DNA of 64,000 bases from Octopus bimaculoides (Eukaryota), in assembly GCF_001194135.2 (NCBI RefSeq), contig NC_068993.1, forward strand, positions 38,936,337 through 39,000,336, written 5' to 3'. The translations under genes and the position numbers were made by a program. Positions 27,788 through 41,456 of this stretch are shown one piece after another. The notes under the pieces were generated by a model. That model was not told where the DNA came from. It was given only the letters and a program-made list of their open reading frames with translations, and ran no database searches. Each line of letters starts with the position of its first letter. Within the stretch, counting starts at the first letter, position 1.

Positions 27788-28887
27788 GTGTGTATATATA
27801 TAAACACACACACACACAAATTTTTGCGCACAAGATTACATATCGCTTATGTTATGTAACTCATTCTAATCTCTCTTTCTCCCCCTCTTCTTCTCTCTCA
27901 CTCACATACACATACATTCTCTCTCTCACTTTCTTTCTCTTACGTTCTCTCTCCAACTCTCTCCCTCTCTCTATCTATCTCTGTCTCTTCACATACACCA
28001 CACTTTCTATCTCTTTCTCTATCTTCTCTCATCTCTAAGTATCTCACTATCCGTTTCTCTTGCACTTTTCATATACAGCTTTGTTGTTTAGTAGTAACAG
28101 TATCAGCAGTAGTAACAGTTATTGTTGGCCCATTGCTGCTTGCTATTCCATTGCTTTTATTGTTGTTGTGGCTGTTGTCATTGTTTTACTATTGTTTTGT
28201 TATGGTGCTGAAGGTTTTTTTATTATTATTGATCTTATGGCGTATGTGTCTATTATTTGAATTCGCAATGCTCTTGTTATTATAGGCGTTGTTGTTGTCA
28301 TTAACTTCACAGATATTTTAATGGTCATGTTTCGTTATTGTTGCATTTTTCTTGTGTTTGTTGTTGTTGTTACGTTATATTTATGTTTCTTTTATAAGTT
28401 TCCTTCTCTGGAATGTAACTATTCTGGGGCACTTCCTTCCAGAAATGAAGGCCGATCAAACTGGCTCTGATACTTATTGTATCGATCTATATTTTACTGC
28501 GGAATTGGGTGATTGGGCGTGGCTGTTTAGCTGCTAGCGATTTGGCACAGCTTACCTGTCAGTGAAACTGCTTTGGTGATGGCCTTTTGGTTATAGTTCT
28601 TTTTAGCACTGGAAGCAAACACACGCTCTCACACGCATGCATGCAGAAATATAGACATCTAGATTGAGAGACATAGAAAGAGCGGTTGAAAAACGAGATC
28701 ATCATTAGAATACACTAAATCACCCCGATTAGTACAAACACGTCCCCCTCCACATACACCTATAGAAAATGCGCACACACATTATCAGAGAACGAATGAG
28801 AGAGAGAGAGAGGAGGCAGAGAGAGAAAGAGATAGAGATAGATAGACAGAGATAGAGAGAGGGAGAGAGAGAGAAGGGTAAGATAGA

Positions 28888-30830
28888 TTGTCCAAGCAAT
28901 TTTCTAGACATCCTCTTGAAACCCTTTTTCGTCACTACCTAACAAAAACAACTAATGAAGAAATATTATTGGTTTCCTTCGATGTTATTAATCTTTACAC
29001 CAATATCCCACATGACTATAGAAAAGGAGTGATAACATTCTGGCTGGAAAAGTATCTCGAAGAACTTCTGGAACGCATAAACCAGGTTTTTATTATTGAG
29101 ACCTTAAGATTTATACTTCAGAACAATTATTTCCTATTTGACGACACCTACTATCGTCATAAATGCGGAATTGCGATGGGAACGAATGCAGTCCCTGTTC
29201 TTGCGAACCTAAGATTGAAATATTTTGAATTCGCCGTATATGAAGTATTACTGCAAAATAGGGACAACTACTTCACCATTATATAAGAGAAAATTGGAAA
29301 AGATATCTGGATGACTGCTTTATCATTTGGAAGGAGACCATTAAAAAGACTTTTGGAATTCAAATCAATACTAAACCCTAACATTCAATTCACAATGGAA
29401 TATAGCAAAGTGTAGCTGCCTTTCCTAGATATTATGGTAAAAAAAAGTCAACATGCTCCAGCATGGCCACAGTCAAATGACTGAAACAGGTAAATGAGTA
29501 ACCAAATTATAACCATTTATCATAAACCAACGGACTCGAAATAATATCTCCTATTTAGCTCATGCCGCCCGAAACACATCAAAAGAAATATCTCCTTAAA
29601 TTTAGCAAAAAAGAATTTGCACAATACTTTCTGATGAAAATACTTGGGATCTTAGTCTTCAAGACTATAGAACAATACTAACTGAAAGACAATATCCACC
29701 CTCACTTATAGACGATGGGATTAAGCGTGCTAAGGAATTGGGCATTAAAACACTAAGGGAAACAAAACGTGACACCACACCACATCTCAAAACACTACTG
29801 TATATATCAATGCACAACCCTAGAAATAATGAGGCATACAACACTGTTGTACAAAATCTACTTGTACTCACTGGGGATCTAAAAATGAACAACATTCTGA
29901 AAACAGATAAATTCATCAAATGCAAAAAGCAACACAAATCGCTGAAAGGACTTCTGACAAATGCGAAGCTTCACACAATAACTACGAAACCAATGGTTAA
30001 AAACTGTGAGCGTCCAAACTGTGGAACATGCCCCAACCAGCAAGAAGGTTCGCAATTCCTATACAAACAAGGAGAGAGGTTCACAATTAAAACCAAATCA
30101 CTTGTGTTGCTGAGAATCTAATTTATGTTAGAACTGGTTCAGGTTGTAAATATAACTATATAGGACTGACAAGTATGGCACTTAGACGGAGTACCATACT
30201 ACATAAAGAACAGATCCGTTTACCACAGTACAGGCAGATTCCTTTGAGCGAACACATAGAGAGATGTGCAGATAATAAATAACCAAACTTCACAATTTTC
30301 CCCATCTGTCAGTGCAAAGAAAAAATTCTGTACAAGAACATTTTAACAAATAAAATTTATTTATCGAAAAATATAGATCACGCCTAAATATGAACACATA
30401 ACCAGCTTTGGTTTCAGTATATATTTTAATCCAAGTTCACATACTCATCGCTGTAAATATTTCATTTCACTGTTTTAGCTTTTGAGTTTTTGCATATTTA
30501 TTCACGCCTCCCCCAAAAATGAACAATTACCTCCCCTGTACCGATCACCAGTTACCTCCCCTTATAGTTTCTACCTGTTGATTTATTACATTCAAAAACC
30601 CCCATACACACCATGGACTAAAATCTTAAGAAAATACGAAATTACAATAATTTCTATGTCATGATTAGCGAAATCGAAACCGGTCGCCAAACACGATAGT
30701 CTTTCACTTATAAAATATATTAAAAATATATTAAAACTGTGTAAGCTGTGTACATTTTTCTTCTTTTATTTTATATATATATATTTTGCATTACAACTCA
30801 CCTTGTGAGGATTATCGAAATTCTTCTACT
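28888..30830 (+). mobile_element. Degenerate 5'-truncated Penelope-like element (RT + GIY-YIG, 3' pseudo-LTR)
   Basis: RT motifs SFDVINLYTNIPH, GIAMGT..PVLANL and WKRYLDDCFIIW (YLDD at 29304-29315). Zn-knuckle CERPNCGTC. GIY-YIG motif TCVAENLIYV...YIGLT...LRR...HKEQI (about 30100-30215). Frameshifts and stops throughout; the ORF remnant ends at about 30401. Confidence 0.9.
29447..29500 (+). mobile_element. Family-B SINE 3' tail fragment inserted in the PLE RT
   Basis: GCTCCAGCATGGCCACAGTCAAATGACTGAAACAGGTAA matches the family-B tail (compare 46125-46165) and interrupts the RT frame. Confidence 0.7.
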
Positions 30831-31394
30831 TCCTTTTTCTTACTATATATATGACAGAGATAATAGTGAGGGATTATCAATCCTGGCAATATAAGCTCTC
30901 TGTTGGCACACCAGGCTAGCAATCTTGTTTAGATTAGTGAAGAACTTCATGTATACTTATAGCAGGGTTCAAGGTTATAGCTCATCACAATTCTATATTG
31001 TAAATCCGTGGTTGGGCTCCAGACAAACAGAGTGATATATATGACAAGTTATAAATAATTGTCATTACATATTTTCCTTTTATTAGAGCAATATATATAT
31101 ACACACACATACATTGTTTGACACATATGCACCTATTTACCACATTCATTTTTGAACTCATTTGCCCTGTCTGTCGATATGCCTCACTCCTGCATGTACC
31201 ATTCTGCAACTTTACTTTATGGACCACGAATTTCTTTGTTAGTTTAATGCGAATTTCCTTTGCCATTTAGTCTTACATTCTGTTATGCATTTATTTTTCA
31301 AATGCTGCAGTTTGTTTGTTGTAGATTGTAAACCATTTCATGTTTTTTGCGCGTTCCAAATCATTTGTTTGCTGCACGTTGATAGGCACTTTTT

Positions 31395-32040
31395 TGTAGG
31401 GCATGTTGCATGTTGCTAAACTCTACTGTGTTTCTTTGTTTTTTGTATGATACGGAGGAATTATTTATTGCATGTTGCTAAAAACATGTTTGTCTCACGT
31501 TGCTAAACATTTCTATTTTTGTTGCTAAAGACGAGCTTTATGCCTCTTGCTAAACATTTCTTTTTTGCAAGTTACTAAATATTTGTTTGTTACATGTTGC
31601 TAATCATTTGCTTGTTGCAAGTTGCTAAACAACAATTTGTTTCTTGCCGCTAAACACATTTCTTGCATGTTGCTAAACATTTATTTGTTCTATATTGCTA
31701 ATTTTGTTTGTCTGCTTTATGCTAAACACTTATTTGCTGCACGTTGCTGAACAAATATTAATTACATTTTGCTAAACATTTCTTTTGCATGTTGTAAATC
31801 ATTTGCTTGTTGCAAATTGCTAAATATTAGTTTGTTACTTGCTGCTAAACACTTGCTTGTTGCATGTTGCTAAACATTCATTTGTTGCCTGTTGCTAATT
31901 TATTGTTTTTTACTTGCTTGCATTTTGCTAAACACTTATTTATTGCCACACTGCTAAAGAAAAATTAGTTGCGTGTTAAACATTTTTTTGCTTTGCCTGT
32001 TGCATGTTACTAAATACCTGTCTGTTGCTAAACACGCCAA
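31395..32040. repeat. Degenerate minisatellite, unit about 22-25 nt (approx. TTGCATGTTGCTAAACATTTGTT)
   Basis: More than 20 recurrences of TTGCTAAA(C/T)A at near-regular spacing. Confidence 0.85.
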
Positions 32041-32574
32041 AGATCAGATCTGCTCTAAATTCTTTCTCAAATTGTGTATCAAACTCAACTTTAATAAAAA
32101 TTAAAAAAATATTTCTTGCTAAAGTTTCCATTACTTTCACAACTACTGATATACATAGGTAGCATTCTTCATTAGAATTGTAACCATAAAAGGAGTTAAT
32201 TAGTTCAATTTCTGATTAATTAGTTGATAAACATACTAAAAATTGTGATTCTATAATCTTTGCTACATAAAAAAAGGATAAACAACCAACAACAAAATTT
32301 ATGTCCTAATTTTGTCAGCGTTAATTTGAGAATATCGGGTTAACATTTGGTATTCTGTTATATTTTACTTTCGTTTTTCTTTGTTTTTTCTTTCTTTCTC
32401 CTTTACTTGTTTCCTTCTTTCATTCTTTCTTTCATTCACTCATTCTTTCTTTCTTTCTTTCTTTCTTTCTTTTAATCATCGTTCTTTTCCTATTTTTCCA
32501 TGTAAACAATTTCCTTAATCAATATCAGGAATTGTATTTCTCTGCAGTGAAGAAAAGAAAGGGAATCCGTACGT

Positions 32575-32742
32575 ACGTACGTACATACATACATACATAC
32601 ATACATACACAAATACATACAGACGTACTCAAACATACATGAATGCATACGTACATACATGCATACATGCATACATACATACATACATACATACATACGT
32701 ACATACATATATACATACATACATACATACATACATACATAC
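32575..32742. repeat. (TACA)n microsatellite
   Basis: Direct reading. Confidence 0.92.
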
Positions 32743-32873
32743 AAAGATGTATTTTTATTAATAGGCAAAAGTTACAGAGTGACTCAAGGCCCGAGGTTTT
32801 CGTTCGTTGGCACTCATCAAACTTTGTCACTCGGTAATGTCTGATCATTAATAATAATAATAATAATAATAAT

Positions 32874-33453
32874 AGACACGACAGAGCTGGGACCTATATA
32901 CACTGGAAGCTATGCCAACATTATGGAATAGCAACAGAAAAAAGATGGTATAAACACACGCCAGAAAAGGTCACAGAAAACGAGAAAGCAACCATACTCT
33001 GGGATATGCCAATACACACAGATAGAGAAATTAAGGCAAATAGACCAGATATAGTTGTCAAAGATCATGAAGGAAAAAAATGCCTTCTAATTGATGTTTC
33101 AATACCAGCAGATGACAACGTTTCTCTAAAAGAAATGGAAAAACTTTCAAAATACAAAGACCTGGAAATAGAGATAACTCGAATGTGGAATCTAAAAACA
33201 GAAACAATTCCTATCATAGTAGGTGCCTTAGGTATAATAAAAAAATATTCAGACAAATACATAACAAAAACACCAGGACTTACAAATATATATAACATAC
33301 AGAAAATTGCACTACTGGGTACTGCACACATTCTACGCAAAACACTTTCAATACAGTAAACATAAGAGCACCACAGCAAACCACAGCACATACCCAAGGC
33401 GCACAGAGCTGCGCTCGGTAGTGAAGTGAAAGCACGTTATAAAAATAAAACTA

Positions 33454-33457
<4 letters not shown>
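32874..33457 (+). mobile_element. 5'-truncated R4/Dong-like non-LTR retrotransposon (RLE domain + 3' UTR) in a (TAA)n array
   Basis: Stop-free frame 32874-33359: RHD...IHWKLC...ILWD...ANRPDIVV...LIDVSIP...EKLSKYKDL...IPIIVGALG, a PD-(D/E)xK RLE. Flanked on both sides by (AAT)n (32848-32873 and 33457-33489). Confidence 0.9.
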
Positions 33458-33490
<33 letters not shown>

Positions 33491-33667
33491 TATATATCAA
33501 TTCACAATTAACGTGAGGTCTTTTTAATTTTTTCTCACTAGCCCGCTTTCAGCCACGTGTATATTTTAGCTGGAGTTTTTGGTAGGTTTTGAAGGTATCG
33601 GCACTTCAAGCATGCTGGAGAAAAGTCGTCACGCCCGATCTCCCTTGATATAATTATATATATACAC

Positions 33668-33744
<77 letters not shown>

Positions 33745-33747
<3 letters not shown>

Positions 33748-34110
33748 TACTCTTTTACTTGTTTCAGTCATTTGACTGCGGCCATGCTGGAACACTGCCT
33801 TTAGTCGAGCAAATCGACTCCGGGACTTATTTTTATCGGTGTCTTTTACCGAGCCGCTAATTTACGGGGACGTAAGCACACCAGCATCGGTTGTCAAGCG
33901 ATGTTGGGGGAACAAACATATACACACACACACACACACATACATATATACGACCGTATTCTTTCAGTTTCCATCTACCAAATCCACTCAGAAGGCTTTG
34001 GTCGGCCCGAGGCCATAGTAGAAGACACTTGCCCAAGATGCCACGCAGTGGGGCTGAACCCGGGACCATGTGGTTAGTAAGCAAGCTACTTACCACACAG
34101 CCACTCATAT
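33745..34110 (-). mobile_element. Composite SINE, family B
   Basis: Same modules as 22020-22495. Confidence 0.85.
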
Positions 34111-34664
34111 ATATTTTTCACTTATATATAGTCGGTATATTCTACTGATGGGTGTAAAGTAGTTTTTATTACAAAACACGAAATCTTAAAATATAGAGTT
34201 GTCCGAAATTTTTGTAAACCGTTTTGTCCATTTCCTCGCTTTCAGCCTTGTTGCAGAAGGAGAACAAATTTTAGAGTGCTTTGTAGTCATTTGACATCTA
34301 CTTCCATCGTATTGGCGTTGTTCCTCCAGTGCCCTTAATTATAATTACATATTTATAATTATAAACTTAAATATATATATCTTCGAAACGCCTAGCTGAT
34401 GAAGGAAAAGTTCCATATGTGGCTTGTCTGTTTTCCTATGTGTACATTCTGTTGTCCGTAAAAAAAAGTTCGTTTTTTGGTGCTTTGTTTATGTTCCCGT
34501 TCCTTTTTGTTCACGTTTTTCGACGTCCTGTACCCGGATATGCATCTATATATACATGTAGATGTAGGTATGTACATATATGTATGCATATATCCATATG
34601 TTCACATATCATTTGTATTATTATATTATCGAACCCTACGCGTCTGTTTGCAAGTAAGTTTTAA

Positions 34665-34800
<136 letters not shown>

Positions 34801-35679
34801 ACATGCATATGTGTGTGTATGTATGTACACGCTAATGTATATATATATTGATTGTTTTATATTTTTGTACGACGTAAACAAAAGCACATACACACAAGTA
34901 TGCGTATGTGTGTGTGTACGCGCGCGCGTACGTACGGTGTTTTAATTATTTATTTATTTTTTTGAAGTTAAAACCATAAATATTGTCTTACTAATGGAAA
35001 TGAAACTCCATCATCTCGCAGCTCCCCTCTCTCTCTCTCCTCTCATCCTTAAAAGGATGACTTTAATTGTCCTAATTATGAGTTCATTTCATAGAAACGT
35101 CGTCACAGGTTGCATGACAGCATTATTGAACAGAATACAGATTATTTCGTTTTTTTGTTTTTGTTTTAATAAATTTCTCCCTCAAAATCTAAAATATCTC
35201 TCGCCCTAAAATCTCTCTGAAGGAATTTGGAACACTATAACAATCACTTCATTTCCTGTTCCCCCTTAAATTCATGCCAATTCCATCCTTCCTTCCTAAT
35301 ATTTTCCTGAGATTTCTTTTAAAGTTTAATTTATTTATTTGTTTGTCTTTATATTTTAAAAACTATTTTATTGTTTATTTATATTTTGTACTTGTGGAAT
35401 TTTTTTTAAAAACCTGTTAAGAATCACAAATTAAAATGCCATCAGGTTGTCTAAGACTGTACATATTTGCAAATTAATATTGCAAATCTTACTAAAATAA
35501 TTAATATACTGTTTTCGTTATTATCATGCATTTACACAAACATTCTTAATGATTTTTGTTTAAATTGTTAATTTTCGAAATTTGTTCTGCTGTTTTTTTT
35601 TTCACGTTTTTATACAATTATTTTATAATTATTATTATTATGACATTATTTATATATGCAATTTTTAAAATTATTATTA

Positions 35680-35710
<31 letters not shown>

Positions 35711-36255
35711 ACTCCAGCTACCTTTTGACATGAAGAAAGAAAAATAATGATGAAAATATGTGCCGATTAACAGTTTCCAATTTCATAAAAGAGAAGCTAT
35801 TTTCTATCAAATGATTCATTGAAAAATAGTTTCCGTCACAGAATATTCCATTTCCCTGACGCTCTTGTTTAGTGAGACATTCCTTCTCATCATCATTATC
35901 ATTTCCCGCCCAAACCTACCCAACCCGTACTTTCACTTTCTTTGTCTCTTTCTCTCTCTCTCTCTCCCTTTCTCTTTCTTTCAGCTTCCATGTGGTGTTG
36001 ATGAGGAAAATGGGAGAGTGCAATGGATTAATAGAAACAACAACAACAGCAACACTAACAATAACAACAACAAACTTCACCAACAGCAACCACAGCCATC
36101 CAACCCTCACCCCCTCTTACCACAAATAACAATCTTACCGATTATTTTCTTTCTTCTTTCATTTTGTTTTTCTTTTTTACATTGCTGATATACAAAATCG
36201 GTGATAAACTCATTCTATAGATTTCCAATAGGAATGCTTCTTTGATATCATGCTG

Positions 36256-36307
<52 letters not shown>

Positions 36308-36353
36308 GATAAAGAAATTACTATTATTGTTATTGTTATTATTATTATAATTA

Positions 36354-36414
<61 letters not shown>

Positions 36415-37789
36415 CGNNNNNNNNNNNNNNNNNNNNNNNNNNNNNNNNNNNNNNNNNNNNNNNNNNNNNNNNNNNNNNNNNNNNNNNNNNNNNNNNNNNN
36501 NNNNNNNNNNNNNNNNNNNNNNNNNNNNNNNNNNNNNNNNNNNNNNNNNNNNNNNNNNNNNNNNNNNNNNNNNNNNNNNNNNNNNNNNNNNNNNNNNNNN
36601 NNNNNNNNNNNNNNNNNNNNNNNNNNNNNNNNNNNNNNNNNNNNNNNNNNNNNNNNNNNNNNNNNNNNNNNNNNNNNNNNNNNNNNNNNNNNNNNNNNNN
36701 NNNNNNNNNNNNNNNNNNNNNNNNNNNNNNNNNNNNNNNNNNNNNNNNNNNNNNNNNNNNNNNNNNNNNNNNNNNNNNNNNNNNNNNNNNNNNNNNNNNN
36801 NNNNNNNNNNNNNNNNNNNNNNNNNNNNNNNNNNNNNNNNNNNNNNNNNNNNNNNNNNNNNNNNNNNNNNNNNNNNNNNNNNNNNNNNNNNNNNNNNNNN
36901 NNNNNNNNNNNNNNNNNNNNNNNNNNNNNNNNNNNNNNNNNNNNNNNNNNNNNNNNNNNNNNNNNNNNNNNNNNNNNNNNNNNNNNNNNNNNNNNNNNNN
37001 NNNNNNNNNNNNNNNNNNNNNNNNNNNNNNNNNNNNNNNNNNNNNNNNNNNNNNNNNNNNNNNNNNNNNNNNNNNNNNNNNNNNNNNNNNNNNNNNNNNN
37101 NNNNNNNNNNNNNNNNNNNNNNNNNNNNNNNNNNNNNNNNNNNNNNNNNNNNNNNNNNNNNNNNNNNNNNNNNNNNNNNNNNNNNNNNNNNNNNNNNNNN
37201 NNNNNNNNNNNNNNNNNNNNNNNNNNNNNNNNNNNNNNNNNNNNNNNNNNNNNNNNNNNNNNNNNNNNNNNNNNNNNNNNNNNNNNNNNNNNNNNNNNNN
37301 NNNNNNNNNNNNNNNNNNNNNNNNNNNNNNNNNNNNNNNNNNNNNNNNNNNATATATATATATATATATATATACATGCATAGACACACATTTATATACA
37401 CACATGTATACATATATAACATGCACGGACACACGTACACACGTTCATTATATTTTGGATTTTCAATGTGTTATTGTTGTTAATTTCATATTGGCAAATC
37501 GGTACAGAATTAATAGAACCAGCTCCTAACTATTAATGCAACATATTTTATATCCTCTTTTCTGTGTTTCTCAGTTCAAATGCCAATATTTTATTCCGGT
37601 TCTGTCTTCATGTGCAAACTATATTATCGTGGATTAGCCTCAAATCTGTCTGTTCTAATCTAGCACTCAAAAGGATTATCGCAGTGAAAGTCCGTTCACC
37701 GTCTTCCGGACATAGAAGTGTATCAAGGGCTAAATTATCAAGTGTGGCATCATCATGATCATGATCATGATCATCATGTGTGTGTGTGT

Positions 37790-37845
<56 letters not shown>

Positions 37846-38534
37846 NNNNNNNNNNNNNNNNNNNNNNNNNNNNNNNNNNNNNNNNNNNNNNNNNNNNNNN
37901 NNNNNNNNNNNNNNNNNNNNNNNNNNNNNNNNNNNNNNNNNNNNNNNNNNNNNNNNNNNNNNNNNNNNNNNNNNNNNNNNNNNNNNNNNNNNNNNNNNNN
38001 NNNNNNNNNNNNNNNNNNNNNNNNNNNNNNNNNNNNNNNNNNNNNNNNNNNNNNNNNNNNNNNNNNNNNNNNNNNNNNNNNNNNNNNNNNNNNNNNNNNN
38101 NNNNNNNNNNNNNNNNNNNNNNNNNNNNNNNNNNNNNNNNNNNNNNNNNNNNNNNNNNNNNNNNNNNNNNNNNNNNNNNNNNNNNNNNNNNNNNNNNNNN
38201 NNNNNNNNNNNNNNNNNNNNNNNNNNNNNNNNNNNNNNNNNNNNNNNNNNNNNNNNNNNNNNNNNNNNNNNNNNNNNNNNNNNNNNNNNNNNNNNNNNNN
38301 NNNNNNNNNNNNNNNNNNNNNNNNNNNNNNNNNNNNNNNNNNNNNNNNNNNNNNNNNNNNNNNNNNNNNNNNNNNNNNNNNNNNNNNNNNNNNNNNNNNN
38401 NNNNNNNNNNNNNNNNNNNNNNNNNNNNNNNNNNNNNNNNNNNNNNNNNNNNNNNNNNNNNNNNNNNNNNNNNNNNNNNNNNNNNNNNNNNNNNNNNNNN
38501 NNNNNNNNNNNNNNNNNNNNNNNNNNNNNNNNNN

Positions 38535-38783
38535 GCACATAAAATACACCATTTTGAGCGTGGCAGTTGCCAGTACCGCCTGACTGGCCTTCGTGCGGGT
38601 GACACGTAAAAGCACCCACTACACTCTCTGAGTGGTTGGTGTTAGGAAGGGCATCCAGCTGTAGAAACCCTGCCAAATCAGATTGGAGCCTGGTGTTGCC
38701 ATCCTGTTTCACCAGTCTTCAATCAAATCGTCCAACCCATGCTAGCATGGAAAGCGGACGTTAAACGATGATGATGATGATGA

Positions 38784-38788
<5 letters not shown>
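38535..38788 (+). mobile_element. SINE/LINE-tail repeat, family G, ending in (GAT)n
   Basis: AAAAGCACCCACTACACTCTCTGAGTGGTTGGTGTTAGGAAGGGCATCCAGCTGTAGAAAC...CCCATGCTAGCATGGAAAGCGGACGTTAAACGATGATGAT. A partial second copy lies at 58598-58720. Confidence 0.75.
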
Positions 38789-38819
<31 letters not shown>

Positions 38820-39285
38820 GTGTTGGTGCGTGTATGCGTGTGTATGTGAGTGTATGTTTATATATGCTTATATGAAGTCACGTGGCTTAGTGGTTAAATA
38901 ATTAAGTGCTCAATTAGCGCTTTCATACCATCGTAGTAATCAACAGATCAGCGGAGCAGTTTCTGAATTCTCTACCATGCAATAAAAGGTTCTCTTGATG
39001 ATTCAATGCGGTTAGGCATCCAATTGAAGTTGGAACATCCGATGTTGAGCTCCAGATACATGCAGAGCTGAAACGCACGTTGAAATTAAGTACTTGTACA
39101 GGTGTTTATCTTAATTTCCCCGCACCACCACAGAAATATAGAATAGTGATACAACAATGCACTAATATTTACCGTAAATTGTAGTCTATAATATACGACG
39201 CTATAGTAAAGCTTCACTGTATATGTATACTGGCATCTTTGCCAGTATATATACAAAATATAATATAATATAATATAATATAATA

Positions 39286-39395
39286 TGACAATTATTCGGT
39301 AGCCATAATAAGACTCTGAGTTTCGGATGTCGGAGCGGAAAACTGCTCCGAGATCCGAAACTCAGAGTCTTATTATGCCAACCGAATAACTGTCA
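39286..39395. other. 51-bp inverted repeat (fold-back) with 8-nt loop
   Basis: Arms 39286-39336 and 39345-39395 are reverse complements with 4 mismatches. Confidence 0.93.
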
Positions 39396-40489
39396 CATAT
39401 GATATTACAGATAAATTCCTCTATTTACATAATATCGAGGTCTCATTCGTTCTTTTGTTATCTTACCATTACTATTANNNNNNNNNNNNNNNNNNNNNNN
39501 NNNNNNNNNNNNNNNNNNNNNNNNNNNNNNNNNNNNNNNNNNNNNNNNNNNNNNNNNNNNNNNNNNNNNNNNNNNNNNNNNNNNNNNNNNNNNNNNNNNN
39601 NNNNNNNNNNNNNNNNNNNNNNNNNNNNNNNNNNNNNNNNNNNNNNNNNNNNNNNNNNNNNNNNNNNNNNNNNNNNNNNNNNNNNNNNNNNNNNNNNNNN
39701 NNNNNNNNNNNNNNNNNNNNNNNNNNNNNNNNNNNNNNNNNNNNNNNNNNNNNNNNNNNNNNNNNNNNNNNNNNNNNNNNNNNNNNNNNNNNNNNNNNNN
39801 NNNNNNNNNNNNNNNNNNNNNNNNNNNNNNNNNNNNNNNNNNNNNNNNNNNNNNNNNNNNNNNNNNNNNNNNNNNNNNNNNNNNNNNNNNNNNNNNNNNN
39901 NNNNNNNNNNNNNNNNNNNNNNNNNNNNNNNNNNNNNNNNTGCACGTACATGCACATGTAATATAATACAGTATATCTTAAATCATATTTATATGTGTTT
40001 AAAAATGTGTTCGTGTTTGTGTAAGGGACTAATTCTGAAGGAAAATTCATCACAGGTCAAACGTGTCAAAGGTAAATCTCTTTACTTAATGAGAACTGTG
40101 ACCTGTTACGAATGACCACACATACAAACACCCACTAACACACTCACACACACACAAGCACAAGCACATATGCACACACATCACTACAGCCACCCTAAAA
40201 AGTAAAAAGAACATATAAAAAACATTACTTCCATCCTCGCTCTCCACCCCCAAACTAACTAATAGTTCTACGTGTCAAAGAATTCTATACTGTGGTGTCA
40301 GGTATTTTCTCCCTGAACTTCTCAATGGCTTTCACTTCTATTCAATGCACCAAATTGACGTTGATGGATGGCGCTTACTACACTTGTTTTTCAACACAGA
40401 TTAGATATTACGATTTCTTTCGTTTTTTCTTTCTTTCTTTCTCTTTTTCCCCCAACGCCGTTGCAATCTTCGTCACACCATCAACTTGT

Positions 40490-40800
40490 TGTTGTTGTTG
40501 TTGTTGTTGTTCTTCTTCTTCTTCTTCTTCTTCTTCTTCTTCTTCTTCTTCTATTTCTTCTTTTTCTTCGTCTTCTTCTTCTTCTTCTTCTTCTTCTTCT
40601 TCTTCTTCTTCTTCTTCTTCTTCTTCTTCTTCTTCTTCTTCATTTGTTGTCTTTGTTTCTTAATTTCTTTTTTGTCTTCAGTTTTTCTTCTTCCACATCA
40701 CCTCCTTCGCATCATCATGATCATGGTCATGATCATATTATTATTATTATTATTACTATTATTATTATTGTTGTTGTTGTTGTTATTGTTGCTGCTACTG

Positions 40801-40835
<35 letters not shown>

Positions 40836-40888
40836 GTTGTTGTTATTATTNNNNNNNNNNATTATTATTATTATTATTATTATTGTTG

Positions 40889-40941
<53 letters not shown>

Positions 40942-40975
40942 GTTGTTGTTATTATCATTATTATTATTATTATTT
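40490..40975. repeat. (TTG)n/(TTC)n/(ATT)n compound microsatellite
   Basis: Direct reading. Confidence 0.92.
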
Positions 40976-41456
40976 AATAGCCGCAATAACAAGAAACAAC
41001 AACGTATAGAAACAGCCAAAACCTTTTAAAAAAAACCCTATTCCAAAAAAGAAACAACGGCAACAATATCAAAACAGATTATATATAATTTGATTTAATA
41101 AATAAATAAACAATAAAATTTATTAATGAATAAATAAATAAATAAATAAAATGTGAACTACAAATTTCTAATTCAAATGATTGATCTTTTGGCATCATGT
41201 CAGGCTAAAGTTCATAAACTCAACAGAACTGGTAATGAAGATCCTTCTCGAAGGTATTTCATCTTGGTTAGGATATAAAGGATAAAAGTTACGCATATTA
41301 TTGGTGATATTGTGTTAGGCTAGGAGTGTGAGAGATACAAGTTCGGTTTATTCCTTTTTTCGTGTGTTACATTTAGTTTATCTTCCCTTTTTCCTCACTT
41401 GACAACTACGGCATATTTATTATATCTCTGTATCTTGGTTATTCTGTATGCATGCG

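Noticed and set aside
31395-32040. CRISPR-like array
   Set aside because: The context is eukaryotic, the units are degenerate, there are no unique fixed-length spacers and there are no cas genes.
36242-38712. ORFs of 270-413 aa, and similar ones at 7.6, 39.4, 46.9, 53.6 and 56.6 kb
   Set aside because: They are open only because they run through N-gaps.
39226-39249. 10-bp hairpin as a Helitron 3' end
   Set aside because: There is no CTRR terminus at the expected distance and no TC 5' end was found.
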